A stretch of DNA of 64,000 nt, taken from the NCBI GenBank assembly GCA_030917395.1, contig JAUPUU010000106.1, forward strand, positions 2,806 to 66,805, given 5' to 3'. Positions 52,790-61,763 of the stretch are shown here, piece after piece. The DNA comes from Cyanobacteriota bacterium erpe_2018_sw_21hr_WHONDRS-SW48-000092_B_bin.40 (lineage in GTDB: Bacteria > Cyanobacteriota > Vampirovibrionia > Obscuribacterales > Obscuribacteraceae). Every line of letters begins with the position of its first letter. Position 1 is the first letter of the stretch. The notes beneath the pieces are model-generated. The model had not been told where the DNA came from, did no database searches, and saw only the letters and a list, made by a program, of their open reading frames with translations. The position numbers and the translations under genes are program-made.

Positions 52790-54175
52790 ATGAAAAGCAA
52801 GAGCAAATCAAAGGTGGCTGCAAATGACGAAGCCACACACGATCGAGGTCTGTTTGCAAGACTTGAGACTAGCTTCAAAACCCTAGTTATTAGACTCTCG
52901 ATCGAACGAGAATTAGACGAGGAAGTAATTCGTTTGCGTAAAGCCTCTCAGATGCTCGCTGTAACTGGCCTTAAGAAACAGCGAACTCGGCGGCAGGAGC
53001 GAGCGCGTAAGAAAACTCCGAAGGCGTCTAATAACGCGACGACTAAGAGCCTGCCAAAAGTATTGACCATGCAGCAGAAACCTATCGCTCAAAAGGAGCC
53101 TCTCTATAATTCGAGCGATCTTCTATCACTACTCAGTAATACAAAAGTCTCGATCAGACGAAGCTTGATGCCAAATCATAGCGATCGGGAACGCCGAGCT
53201 AAAGCAATCTTGCGAAAACTGGCAGACAGAATAACCGCCTGCCAGAACCTCATCCAGGAGGCATCTATTCGACAACATGAACTTCAGACTAAAGCACAGC
53301 AAGTAAGGCGCGTGGCGGACAAACTGAATCGCCGCGCAGCCAGGCAGAAAAAATCTAACGAACTCTTGCCGAAACAAGTAGCAGAAGCAAATCGACAGGC
53401 AAGCAAATTAGAGCGCTCATCTGCCAAATATGCAGAGTTACAAAAACTTAGACTACCAATACTTAAAAGTTGCCTAGAACGACTTGAAGACGACAGCCAG
53501 AAAATGGAAATGCTACTTATCACAAGCACGACCCAGGCGATGACGGAGCTGCTGAAGAGCACTAATGCTTTGATTAACAAGACTGTGCCTCGTAGCACAG
53601 CTAGCGCTCAAGCTATTGCCAGAATGGAACAAAGAGTCATCGAACGGGAAGCAAAGCTTGCCGATGCATTGGATGTTAATGGCTGCATCATCAAACTTTC
53701 GCCGACAATATTTGAGGGAATGGAAGAAAAAGTTGCAGCGAATGAAGCGCTAGCTAAAGCTTCTTTGGAAAGCATTAGCAACCTTCCTGCAGTAGAAACA
53801 CAATCAATGAACTTAGAACAAGTAAAACAAGCATTAGCAAGTTACGCCATTGCCAGCAAGGAAATCACAAACAGCTATGAAGCCTTTGCGAAAATCGAAG
53901 AACCAATTAAGGAGCTAATTGTGACCTGGAAGGAACGGGAAAAGGTTTGGCAAAATCGACAGTCTAGCGCTGAACTAGAAAAAAACGCGAACTTGGCAAA
54001 AGAAGCAAATAAGCGCGTCCGCACCGCAACAGATACCATTGGCCATCTGGAACAATCACTTGAGGCCATCCCCGCTATCAAAGAGCCACTCCAAAAGCGA
54101 CTAGACGAAATAGACTTGGTACAGGCAAAGCTGGCAGAGCGTTTAGCTGAGCTTGAACAAAAAACAGAGCAATAA
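52790..54175 (+). CDS. Long coiled-coil protein (K/E/Q/A-rich), unknown function
   Basis: A 461-aa ORF with heptad-like charged composition throughout. No enzymatic motif was seen. Confidence 0.55.
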   Translation: MKSKSKSKVAANDEATHDRGLFARLETSFKTLVIRLSIERELDEEVIRLRKASQMLAVTGLKKQRTRRQERARKKTPKASNNATTKSLPKVLTMQQKPIAQKEPLYNSSDLLSLLSNTKVSIRRSLMPNHSDRERRAKAILRKLADRITACQNLIQEASIRQHELQTKAQQVRRVADKLNRRAARQKKSNELLPKQVAEANRQASKLERSSAKYAELQKLRLPILKSCLERLEDDSQKMEMLLITSTTQAMTELLKSTNALINKTVPRSTASAQAIARMEQRVIEREAKLADALDVNGCIIKLSPTIFEGMEEKVAANEALAKASLESISNLPAVETQSMNLEQVKQALASYAIASKEITNSYEAFAKIEEPIKELIVTWKEREKVWQNRQSSAELEKNANLAKEANKRVRTATDTIGHLEQSLEAIPAIKEPLQKRLDEIDLVQAKLAERLAELEQKTEQ

Positions 54176-54179
54176 ACCA

Positions 54180-54290
54180 ATGCCAATTGATTTACAGGCC
54201 CGCTATCTAGGCTCACTCCTCGGAATGGCTACAGGAGACGCTGTAGGGACAACCTGCGAGTTCGCCAGACCAGGCACCTTTATAGAGGTA
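54180..54290 (+). pseudogene. N-terminal remnant of an ADP-ribosylglycohydrolase-family gene
   Basis: MPIDLQARYLGSLLGMATGDAVGTTCEFARPGTF matches the ARH N-terminal motif (GxAxGDAxG...EF). Family-like sequence stops at about 54290 and the frame ends soon after. Confidence 0.4.
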
Positions 54291-54545
54291 TCACTTTGTT
54301 CCTTGCACAACAGCAGCGCTAAAGGCTTTGCTGATAGCACTAATATACGCTCCCTGCGTCATACCAAGCAGCAAGTTCAACAACATCAAGCTCAAAAACC
54401 AGGCGAATAGCATAAAAGCTACTCGACTGCGAAACCACCTGCTGCTAAAGAGCAACACGACCAAAGGAGTCCAATAGTAATAGAGATAAACCGGCCCCCA
54501 GCCATTGTCGCGGATGAAGATCGCAAGTGGCGGACAGACACACAC
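54291..54545 (-). CDS. Doubtful small membrane ORF (GTG start); the hydrophobic frame is open further upstream without a start codon
   Basis: It has 2-3 hydrophobic spans. The frame is open from 54666 and encodes another TM-like stretch, but the only canonical start is the GTG at 54545. It may be a gene fragment. Confidence 0.3.
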   Translation of the reverse strand: MCVCPPLAIFIRDNGWGPVYLYYYWTPLVVLLFSSRWFRSRVAFMLFAWFLSLMLLNLLLGMTQGAYISAISKAFSAAVVQGTK

Positions 54546-54660
54546 AATAAAAAGTAATAAGTACAGCAGCCAGACTGAATTGAGTGGGTAGAACCAAACA
54601 AATCTAGCGAACCCAACAGAAGGTTCGTCTAAAAACTCTCCAGCACGCCGAAAGAATGTC

Positions 54661-55044
54661 TTAACCTACTTTCTCCTCGACAATCGACTCTACTTTTTCA
54701 GTATAGAAGCCAATGCGTTCTTTTAACTCGGCAACGGCCGCATGCGGAGTCTCAAAAGAGAAGGCCGCATTCGCCGAACTAGCGTCGCCGCTCTTGAGAT
54801 TGAAGTACGAGACATCACCTTTGTATGGGCAATAGCTAGTCTTCTCACTACGCTCCAATAATTCCATCTTAACGTCTTTGCGCGGGATGACAAAACGCTC
54901 AGGGCTGCTAGGCTGCTTTAGAATAACGGCCTCTGTGGTATCGGCAACAACTACACCACCGAACTTAACCACGACCCGCGAAGGGCTGTGTTCAACAGTA
55001 ATTGGGTGGCTTGGCCCAGGTATTAGCACCATCTTGTCGCTCAT
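54661..55044 (-). CDS. DUF427 domain protein
   Basis: VVADTTEAVIL...YCPYKGDVSYFNL...AAFSFETP fits the DUF427 pattern. Confidence 0.8.
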   Translation of the reverse strand: MSDKMVLIPGPSHPITVEHSPSRVVVKFGGVVVADTTEAVILKQPSSPERFVIPRKDVKMELLERSEKTSYCPYKGDVSYFNLKSGDASSANAAFSFETPHAAVAELKERIGFYTEKVESIVEEKVG

Positions 55045-55108
55045 TTATTACTCCAATGCTATCTAATTCTAATTAGTTCTATTTACAAGCTCTTGCTGCT
55101 AATTGCTA

Positions 55109-56191
55109 CTAATTGCTGCTAGCGCTACTAACAATATCTTGCAAGGCAGCCAATAGCTTATCGTTTTGCTCTTTTGTGCCAACAGTTATCCTAACTCTAG
55201 CAGCCAAACGAGGTAGATTCCACCAGCGCACTAATATTGAGCGACTCTTTAACTCTTGGTAGATTCTCTCTGCACTTGCCCCAGCCGGAACTTCAGCCAA
55301 GAGAAAATTAGAATGAGACCTAGGCATACTAAATCCCAAGGCCTCAAGAGCTGAATACAAACGCTCTCGTTCTGAGCAAACACTACTCCAAGTAGAGCGA
55401 GCATATTCTTGATCTGCAAGTGCTGCTGTGGCCGCGGCAATCGAAACCACATCACAGGGATACGAATCGCGCACCTTGACCAATTCCTTTAGCAAAGATG
55501 CCTGTCCAATGGCATAACCGAAGCGCAAGCCAGCCAGCGAATAGCCCTTAGACATACTGCGCAGAATTACTATATTGCTATATTTGTGCACCAATGGCAG
55601 TGCCGAATCATTAGCAAAATTGATGTAGGCTTCATCAATTAAAACCACTCCACGAAAATTCTTCGCTACACTTTCAATCGTCTCCAGTGGCTCAAGGTGA
55701 CCAGATGGGGCGTTGGGATTTACTATCAAGAGAAGAGCAGCATCTGTAGTTTCGATACCGGCTGGCAGCTTCCACTCGGTACCAGCAATATCGTAAGACA
55801 AGACCAGAGGTCTAGCTGCTTGTATCTTTGTCAAAACCGGATAGAGCGAATATGAAGGCTCCAAAAAGGCTACGGTGTCGCCTTCGCCGGCACAAGTGCG
55901 AATTATGACATTGAGCAAATCATCGCCGCCGTTGAAAGTCAAAATCCAATCAGCTGGAACGCCGTGCAACTTCGCCGCCTCTTCCCGAAAAATTCGGGCT
56001 GTCGGGTCCGGATAGCGTCGCACTAGTTCTGCCCCATTAGCCGCAATCGCCGCAATCGCTGCCAAAGCTTTGGGCGAAGGAGGATAAGGGTTTTCGTTGG
56101 TATTGAGCTTTATTGTAGTTGTATCGCTCGGCTGCTCACCGGGGGCGTAGCCTTCAGTTTGCGCTATGTCGTCTCGCACTAGATTGGTCAT
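55109..56191 (-). CDS. hisC: Histidinol-phosphate aminotransferase
   Basis: IKLNTNENPYPPSP and the PLP-Lys context LRSMSKGYSLAGLRFGY are present. It is the last gene of the his cluster. Confidence 0.9.
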   Translation of the reverse strand: MTNLVRDDIAQTEGYAPGEQPSDTTTIKLNTNENPYPPSPKALAAIAAIAANGAELVRRYPDPTARIFREEAAKLHGVPADWILTFNGGDDLLNVIIRTCAGEGDTVAFLEPSYSLYPVLTKIQAARPLVLSYDIAGTEWKLPAGIETTDAALLLIVNPNAPSGHLEPLETIESVAKNFRGVVLIDEAYINFANDSALPLVHKYSNIVILRSMSKGYSLAGLRFGYAIGQASLLKELVKVRDSYPCDVVSIAAATAALADQEYARSTWSSVCSERERLYSALEALGFSMPRSHSNFLLAEVPAGASAERIYQELKSRSILVRWWNLPRLAARVRITVGTKEQNDKLLAALQDIVSSASSN

Positions 56192-56265
56192 CTTCAGATC
56201 CTTTACCGTTTATCGAGCGGAAGTTTACCGAGGGGAATAGAAAGCGAGTGACCGCAAAAAAGCTG

Positions 56266-57609
56266 CTAAATCAATCGCGCCCTCGCAGCCGCGGCATGAG
56301 CCGTTAAGCCTTCCAGATCGGCAAAACCAGCAGTAAGCATAGATAATTCCTTGGCGGTACCGCTCAGATGCAACCAGCTCTGACCGCGCAAGAAAGTGAA
56401 TGGATTCAAACCACCAGCAAAGCGTGCAGCGCGATTGGTAGGCAGTGTGTGATTAGGCCCGGCAGCATAATCTCCGTACGGCACAGTAGCGTTGTAACCC
56501 ATAAAAAGAGCGCCATAGTTCTTCAACTGCGACTTGAGAGCAACCGGATCTTTTACCTGCAACTGCAAATGCTCCGGGGCAACATTGTTGGCGGCAGCAA
56601 CACAAGCTTCCAAAGAATCAAGAACAACAATGGCACTAGAAGCTAAGGCAATATCAATGTAGTCAGGCAGACTAAGGGTACTAACTTTCTCAACTATGAG
56701 AACAGCCACAGCCCGGGCTAAAGCCTCGCTGTCAGTGAGCAAATAAGAACGAGCATTAGGGTCATGCTCTGCTTGCGATAGCAAATCGAGAGCGAGCCAC
56801 TCAGCATTAGCGCCGCTGTCAGCGACAATGGCTACTTCACTTGGTCCGGCCAGCATATCAATACCAACTCGTCCGTAAACTTGGCGTTTTGCTTCCGTGA
56901 CATAGGCATTGCCAGGACCGACAATCATATCAACTGATTTGATGCTCTCAGTGCCATAGGCCACAGCAGCTATAGCCTGTGCGCCTCCAGCCTCGTGGAA
57001 TTCGGTTACTCCAGCAAGCGAGCCAGCATATAATATTTCGTCTTTCAAAGATGGTGAGACAATACAAATGTCTTCCACGCCAGCAACCTGAGCCGTGACG
57101 GCAGTCATCAGAGCAGTAGAGGGCAGCGGATAGCGGCCAGCTGGAATGTAGCAAGCGACGCGGGCCACAGGCTTGAAATCAAAGCCAGCCTGATACTCAC
57201 CACAATCAACGGTCACAGGCTTAGCCACAGCCACTACGGCCTCAGCAAAACGACGAATACGCTTCGCAGCTTCATCTAAGATATCTTTTGTTTCTTGAGG
57301 CAATCTCTCAAGCAAAGCTTGCTTGGCCACAGCATCGAGTATCACCGTTTTCGGTGCTGGGTCCTTGAAACGCTCAGCCAAAGCAGCAAGAGCCTTGTCT
57401 CCGGAGACGCGTACTTGAGAAATAATATCTCTGACTGAATTCTCTAATCTCAGCTCAGCGGCTACGGCATCACCGGGCTCGGCAGAATCAACCGATAAAG
57501 ACGGAGATTGCTCGCACTCACTCGGTGCCTCAGTCAAGGAAGCAGCCCACTGACGAGCTTGCTCAGCAACAAGAACCGGTATCAATTCAGCAGTTTTACT
57601 ATCTTTCAT
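56266..57609 (-). CDS. hisD: Histidinol dehydrogenase
   Basis: IPAGRYPLPSTALM, GPGNAYVTEAKR, SQAEHD and HTLPT are present. Confidence 0.9.
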   Translation of the reverse strand: MKDSKTAELIPVLVAEQARQWAASLTEAPSECEQSPSLSVDSAEPGDAVAAELRLENSVRDIISQVRVSGDKALAALAERFKDPAPKTVILDAVAKQALLERLPQETKDILDEAAKRIRRFAEAVVAVAKPVTVDCGEYQAGFDFKPVARVACYIPAGRYPLPSTALMTAVTAQVAGVEDICIVSPSLKDEILYAGSLAGVTEFHEAGGAQAIAAVAYGTESIKSVDMIVGPGNAYVTEAKRQVYGRVGIDMLAGPSEVAIVADSGANAEWLALDLLSQAEHDPNARSYLLTDSEALARAVAVLIVEKVSTLSLPDYIDIALASSAIVVLDSLEACVAAANNVAPEHLQLQVKDPVALKSQLKNYGALFMGYNATVPYGDYAAGPNHTLPTNRAARFAGGLNPFTFLRGQSWLHLSGTAKELSMLTAGFADLEGLTAHAAAARARLI

Positions 57610-57651
57610 TTGTTGATTCCTAGCACTAATTTCTCGATCATCTAAGTAGCT

Positions 57652-58887
57652 TTATCTTCTTCTACCAGCCAACTCTGATTCAATTTCTTTCCACTCAATG
57701 CCTTCATCTACAGCTAACACGCTGGCAAAATAGAGAAGATCGGCAATCTCCCAGCGCAAATTTTCTTTTGAGGAGTGGGATACCACCTCATAGGCTTCTT
57801 CCATAATTTTCTTGAGAAGCAAGCGTCGATCGGCAAATAATGTTTGAGTATAAGACTTAGATGGCGGCTCGGCTTTTCTCGATTGCAAGGTCTCAAACAA
57901 CTCGTTCATTGAGAACTTACGATCAGCCGAAACGGTGCCAAAGCAGCTATAAGTATCGTTGTGGCAGGCGGCCCGATTCTGCATAACAGTAAAAAGTAAA
58001 CAGTCGCGGTCACAATCGACCCGACAAGAAATAAGCTGTTGCGAATTGCCAGACGTCAGACCCTTCTCCCAAATTTCATTACGAGAGCGGCTGAAATAGA
58101 CGCCTTTACCTTCACGCAGGGCTCTCGCCAGAGATTCCGCAGTGCTATACGCCACCATGAGAACCTGGCCACTAAGATCTTGCACAACAGTTGGCACAAG
58201 TCCGTCAGCATGAAACTTGACGCTCTTAACTACAGATTCCACCGGGTCAATTAAGCCCGTGTAGAGCGCCATCCCCACTTGCACGTCAATACCAAGCCCT
58301 GAAATCTCAATGACTTCATCTAGCGTGGCGATACCGCCAGCAACGGTAAGCTGTCCAGGCAAGCGCTTTCTCAGCTTTTTGATGGCAGCAATATCCATTC
58401 CTTGTAAGCAGCCTTCGCCTTCCACAAAGGTGGCAAGAAAACCAGAACAATAAGGAGCCAGTCGCTCTGCCCTCTGCCAAATAGTCTCGCCGGTGGAATT
58501 CTCCCAACCTTTATCCACAACTATTTCGCCGCGATGATCAAGAGCTACCATTATTTGCTGCGGTGCGAATTTCTCAAGAAACTCGGGTGTGGCCATGGTG
58601 CCGACAATCAGGCGCTTAGCGCCAGCTTTCAAATACTCGCGACCAGACTCAAAATCACGAATGCCACCACCTACTCGCACATCGGCAACGCGACAAATGT
58701 CTTTGATTAGCTCTCTATTGTTGCCTTTGCCCATAGCCGCATCAAGATCGATAACGGCTATCTCGCCGCAGCGATTAAAGTCGCGAGCCAACTCTAGCGG
58801 GCTGCGCTCACTTTCAAGAACGAACTCTTTGCCCTGCTTCAGCTGCACGGCCTTGCCATTTATGATATCAATGCTTGGAATTAACAT
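57652..58887 (-). CDS. hisA-hisIE: Fused HisA-like isomerase / PR-AMP cyclohydrolase (HisI) / PR-ATP pyrophosphatase (HisE)
   Basis: Residues 1 to ~215 are HisA-like (LIPSIDIINGKAVQLKQG, VIDLDAA, VGGGIR, VAGGI). The middle region is HisI-like (GLVPTVVQD...VLMVAYS...YFSRSRNEIWEKG...DCDRDCLLF...ACH). The C-terminus is HisE-like (SYTQTLF...KIMEEAYEV...EIADLLYF). Confidence 0.85.
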   Translation of the reverse strand: MLIPSIDIINGKAVQLKQGKEFVLESERSPLELARDFNRCGEIAVIDLDAAMGKGNNRELIKDICRVADVRVGGGIRDFESGREYLKAGAKRLIVGTMATPEFLEKFAPQQIMVALDHRGEIVVDKGWENSTGETIWQRAERLAPYCSGFLATFVEGEGCLQGMDIAAIKKLRKRLPGQLTVAGGIATLDEVIEISGLGIDVQVGMALYTGLIDPVESVVKSVKFHADGLVPTVVQDLSGQVLMVAYSTAESLARALREGKGVYFSRSRNEIWEKGLTSGNSQQLISCRVDCDRDCLLFTVMQNRAACHNDTYSCFGTVSADRKFSMNELFETLQSRKAEPPSKSYTQTLFADRRLLLKKIMEEAYEVVSHSSKENLRWEIADLLYFASVLAVDEGIEWKEIESELAGRRR

Positions 58888-59696
58888 AAGCGAACTGTGA
58901 TGCCCTCGTTCTTAAGAGTAGTTTTGACTTGGTTGACTGTAAATAATCCATCATGAAAAATGCTGGCCGCAAGCGCCGCATCGGCCTGGCCCAGTGAGAA
59001 TACATCAACAAAACTCTGGGGATTCTTAGCTCCCCCAGAAGCAATTACCGGAATAGGAAGGCCAGAGAAAGCCAGAACCATTTCAATGTCAAAGCCCTCT
59101 TGAGTGCCATCGGCGTCCCACGAGGTTAACATGAACTCGCCAGCGCCAAGCTCAACACATTGCTGCGCCCAAACCCAAGCATCTAAACCAGTCGATACAC
59201 TGCCACCTTTAGTCAAGACCTCCCAGGCCGGTCTATCAGATCTATTTGTCGAAGATTTTGTACTAGAAAACTCACAGCCAACCTTGCGGGCATCAATGGC
59301 TACGACACAGCACTGTGAACCACAGGCCTCAGCAATTTCAGCAATCAACTGGGGGCGTTGCACTGCTGATGAGTTGATAGAAACCTTATCAGCTCCAAGT
59401 GACAATAATTTCTTCACATCATCCAATTTCGAAATGCCACCACCAACGGTGAAAGGAATAGCCAAATGTTCAGCCACAGAACGCACCAAATCGAACACAG
59501 TGCTGCGCTCTTCGCGCGAAGCTGATATATCAAGAAACATTAGCTCGTCAGCACCCTGGCGCTGATACTCAATAGCCAGCTCTACCGGATCGCCGATATC
59601 GCGCAGATTTTGAAACTTAACGCCCTTGACTGTGCGGCCATTAGCCACATCAAGACAGGGAATTATGCGTTTGCAAAGCCCACTAGACAACATCAC
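58881..59696 (-). CDS. hisF: Imidazole glycerol phosphate synthase, cyclase subunit
   Basis: KRIIPCLDV, ADELMFLDI, FTVGGGI and IASGGA are present. A ~20-aa S/T-rich insertion (CEFSSTKSSTNRSDRPA) is also seen. Confidence 0.9.
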   Translation of the reverse strand: MMLSSGLCKRIIPCLDVANGRTVKGVKFQNLRDIGDPVELAIEYQRQGADELMFLDISASREERSTVFDLVRSVAEHLAIPFTVGGGISKLDDVKKLLSLGADKVSINSSAVQRPQLIAEIAEACGSQCCVVAIDARKVGCEFSSTKSSTNRSDRPAWEVLTKGGSVSTGLDAWVWAQQCVELGAGEFMLTSWDADGTQEGFDIEMVLAFSGLPIPVIASGGAKNPQSFVDVFSLGQADAALAASIFHDGLFTVNQVKTTLKNEGITVRLC

Positions 59697-60303
59697 TCAC
59701 CCACCTTTTCAGCAGACCCTCACCAAATTCACCGCTCTTTTCTGGGTGAAACTGAAAGGCTGTAATATTGCCAACAGAGACTGCAGCACAAAATTTGCCG
59801 AAGTAATCAGCCTCATAAAGAATGACAGAGTCACTTTCTGGATTGGCGCAATCTGGCTTTGCATAATAAGAATTGACAAAATAAACGAAGCCCGACGGCC
59901 AACTCGTGTTGTTAACTGGCCTTACTTCATTCCATCCAGTCTGTGGCACTTTGCCCTGAGTAAACTTGACGACATTTCCTTTTACCAGACCTAGTCCAGC
60001 AACTCCAGGAGCCTCTTCACTGGAATCAAAAAGAATTTGCATGCCGACGCAAACTCCGAGAAAGGGGGTACCAGCTTTTACTAATGAGCTAATTGTTTGA
60101 TCAAAGTCGCCAGCTCGCAGTGATGACATCACGGCTCCAAAAGCACCAACGCCTGGCAAAATAATAGGACGCGAGCCATCTGGCGGATTGCCTGCATCAA
60201 CAGCATTAAAATTGACACCAAGGCGAGTCAAACTGCGAGCAACGCTGCCGAGGTTGCCACCAACCGAAGTAACTAAATCTACAGCAAAGCCATTGGCGTT
60301 CAT
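59683..60303 (-). CDS. hisH: Imidazole glycerol phosphate synthase, glutaminase subunit
   Basis: ILPGVGAFG, the catalytic Cys in FLGVCVGMQIL, and FQFHPEKS. It overlaps hisF by 14 nt. Confidence 0.9.
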   Translation of the reverse strand: MNANGFAVDLVTSVGGNLGSVARSLTRLGVNFNAVDAGNPPDGSRPIILPGVGAFGAVMSSLRAGDFDQTISSLVKAGTPFLGVCVGMQILFDSSEEAPGVAGLGLVKGNVVKFTQGKVPQTGWNEVRPVNNTSWPSGFVYFVNSYYAKPDCANPESDSVILYEADYFGKFCAAVSVGNITAFQFHPEKSGEFGEGLLKRWVSDVV

Positions 60304-60387
60304 ACTGGCACTCCCTGCTCAGCCTTCACTCTAAGTTTAGTTTTCGCTCGAATCTCCTGCAATCTAATCACCGACCGCTGTGCAATC

Positions 60388-61077
60388 TTAGCTTTCATCC
60401 AAAACGCCCTTTGTACTTAGATACTCGCCAGTTTCAAGAGGCACGACCGCCTGCCGCAATGCTTTGCCTAGGCCTTTGAAAACAGCCTCAATGACGTGGT
60501 GATCGTTGTCACCATAGAGTTCATGACAGTGGAGAGTGGCTCTTAGTCCATCAACAAAACCTTTGAAAAACTCTCTGAAGAGATTTGGGTCAATGTGACC
60601 GACCTCAAAGTTGCCGAATTGCACTTTCCAGGTGAGATTGCGCCGACCGCACAGGTCAATGGCGATAGTGACTAAACTGCCATCCATCGGATAAGTAAAG
60701 CAACCGGCGCGGTTAATCCCTTTAAGACCACCTAAAGCTTTGAAAATAGCTTCACCCAGAGTTATGCCAGTATCTTCAATTAGGTGATGGGGATCAACTT
60801 CAATATCGCCAACAGCGCGCACCTTAAGACCAAAGCGGCCATGCACTGCAAAGGCCTCAAGCATATGAGACAAGAACGGCAAAGATGTTTCAATGTCCGG
60901 TGGGCTCGGCTGATCTAGATTGACTTCGATAGTGATATCGGTTTCTTTAGTTTTCCTCGTCACCGAAGCAAATCTACTGATCTTTTCGGTCTTTTCGGCC
61001 TTTGCGGTCTTTTCGATCATTCGCTCTTCTCCAACTCGTTCTCTTCCAGCTTGGTCTTTTCCAGAAGCTGTTGTCAT
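60388..61077 (-). CDS. hisB: Imidazoleglycerol-phosphate dehydratase (monofunctional)
   Basis: RKTKETDITIEVNLD, DPHHLIEDTGI and NDHHVIEAVFKGLG are present. The start overlaps the HAD gene stop (ATGA), which supports the long N-terminus. Confidence 0.9.
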   Translation of the reverse strand: MTTASGKDQAGRERVGEERMIEKTAKAEKTEKISRFASVTRKTKETDITIEVNLDQPSPPDIETSLPFLSHMLEAFAVHGRFGLKVRAVGDIEVDPHHLIEDTGITLGEAIFKALGGLKGINRAGCFTYPMDGSLVTIAIDLCGRRNLTWKVQFGNFEVGHIDPNLFREFFKGFVDGLRATLHCHELYGDNDHHVIEAVFKGLGKALRQAVVPLETGEYLSTKGVLDES

Positions 61078-61763
61078 AGTGAAAATACCTGCCTTAGCTC
61101 GTTAACTGATTGTAGAACTATCTGCGCACCGGCTTCGCTAAGAGCTTTAGCCGGCAGAGTGGAAGCAATGCCAATGCGCGTCAGGTTGGCATCGCGGGCG
61201 GCCCACATATCGTCTACAGCATTGCCAATGTAGACTCCATTTTCCAAATTAAAATCTGCGATCAAGTGCAAAAGATAGTCGGGCGAAGGCTTAGGGGCCT
61301 TACCAGGCACATCGTGCAGACAATAGACCCGCTTAAATAAAGGGTCTAAGCGCTCTCCCCAAATGGGATCGTACTCTGGCCGTGTGCGTCCAGTAACAAT
61401 AAAAAGAGGATGCCGCTCGGCAATTGCCAAAAGAAGCTGATCATCAAACAAAGCAAATTCATTGCTTGGAGCCAATTGCAAATATAACGCAGTAGCCTCT
61501 TGCACAATTTTAGAAAATGGCTCGACAAAACCGCGACGACGCAAGAGCTCAGCAGTGGTCACCCAATCGTCGTTGTAGCCGCCTTCTTGCCGTAAGCTGG
61601 CAATCTCTTGATCGGACAACGCTTCTCCCGAATATCTCTGCACCATCTGCTTGATAGTCTCATCAAAACTCTTGGAAGTATCAACGAGAGTGCCATCGAG
61701 ATCAAAGATCACGGCATAATTAGGGTCGCTCATCTGGGGCACTAAGGCCGCTGCGCCACTCAT
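61074..61763 (-). CDS. HAD-superfamily (subfamily IA-like) hydrolase embedded in the his operon
   Basis: Motif I is VIFDLDGTLVDT. A later LFIVTGR and GNAVDDMWAARDAN (motif IV-like) follow. It overlaps hisG and hisB by 4 nt each. Confidence 0.75.
   Translation of the reverse strand: MSGAAALVPQMSDPNYAVIFDLDGTLVDTSKSFDETIKQMVQRYSGEALSDQEIASLRQEGGYNDDWVTTAELLRRRGFVEPFSKIVQEATALYLQLAPSNEFALFDDQLLLAIAERHPLFIVTGRTRPEYDPIWGERLDPLFKRVYCLHDVPGKAPKPSPDYLLHLIADFNLENGVYIGNAVDDMWAARDANLTRIGIASTLPAKALSEAGAQIVLQSVNELRQVFSL

Noticed and set aside
52606-52878. Minus-strand ORFs (90 and 66 aa) lie in the region between the TetR and coiled-coil genes.
   Set aside because: They have no SD, overlap the start of the plus-strand gene, and show nondescript composition. 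The region is better explained as a divergent promoter.
54153-54410. The 85-aa ORF was considered as an intact small gene.
   Set aside because: Only residues about 10-45 look like a protein family (the ARH N-terminus). The rest is unrelated and overlaps a minus-strand frame, so it was called a remnant instead.
55045-55111. CTAATT/CTAATTGCT repeats lie between hisC and the DUF427 gene.
   Set aside because: They are short AT-rich motifs, partly inside the hisC C-terminal codons and stop, with no regular phasing. They were judged not significant.
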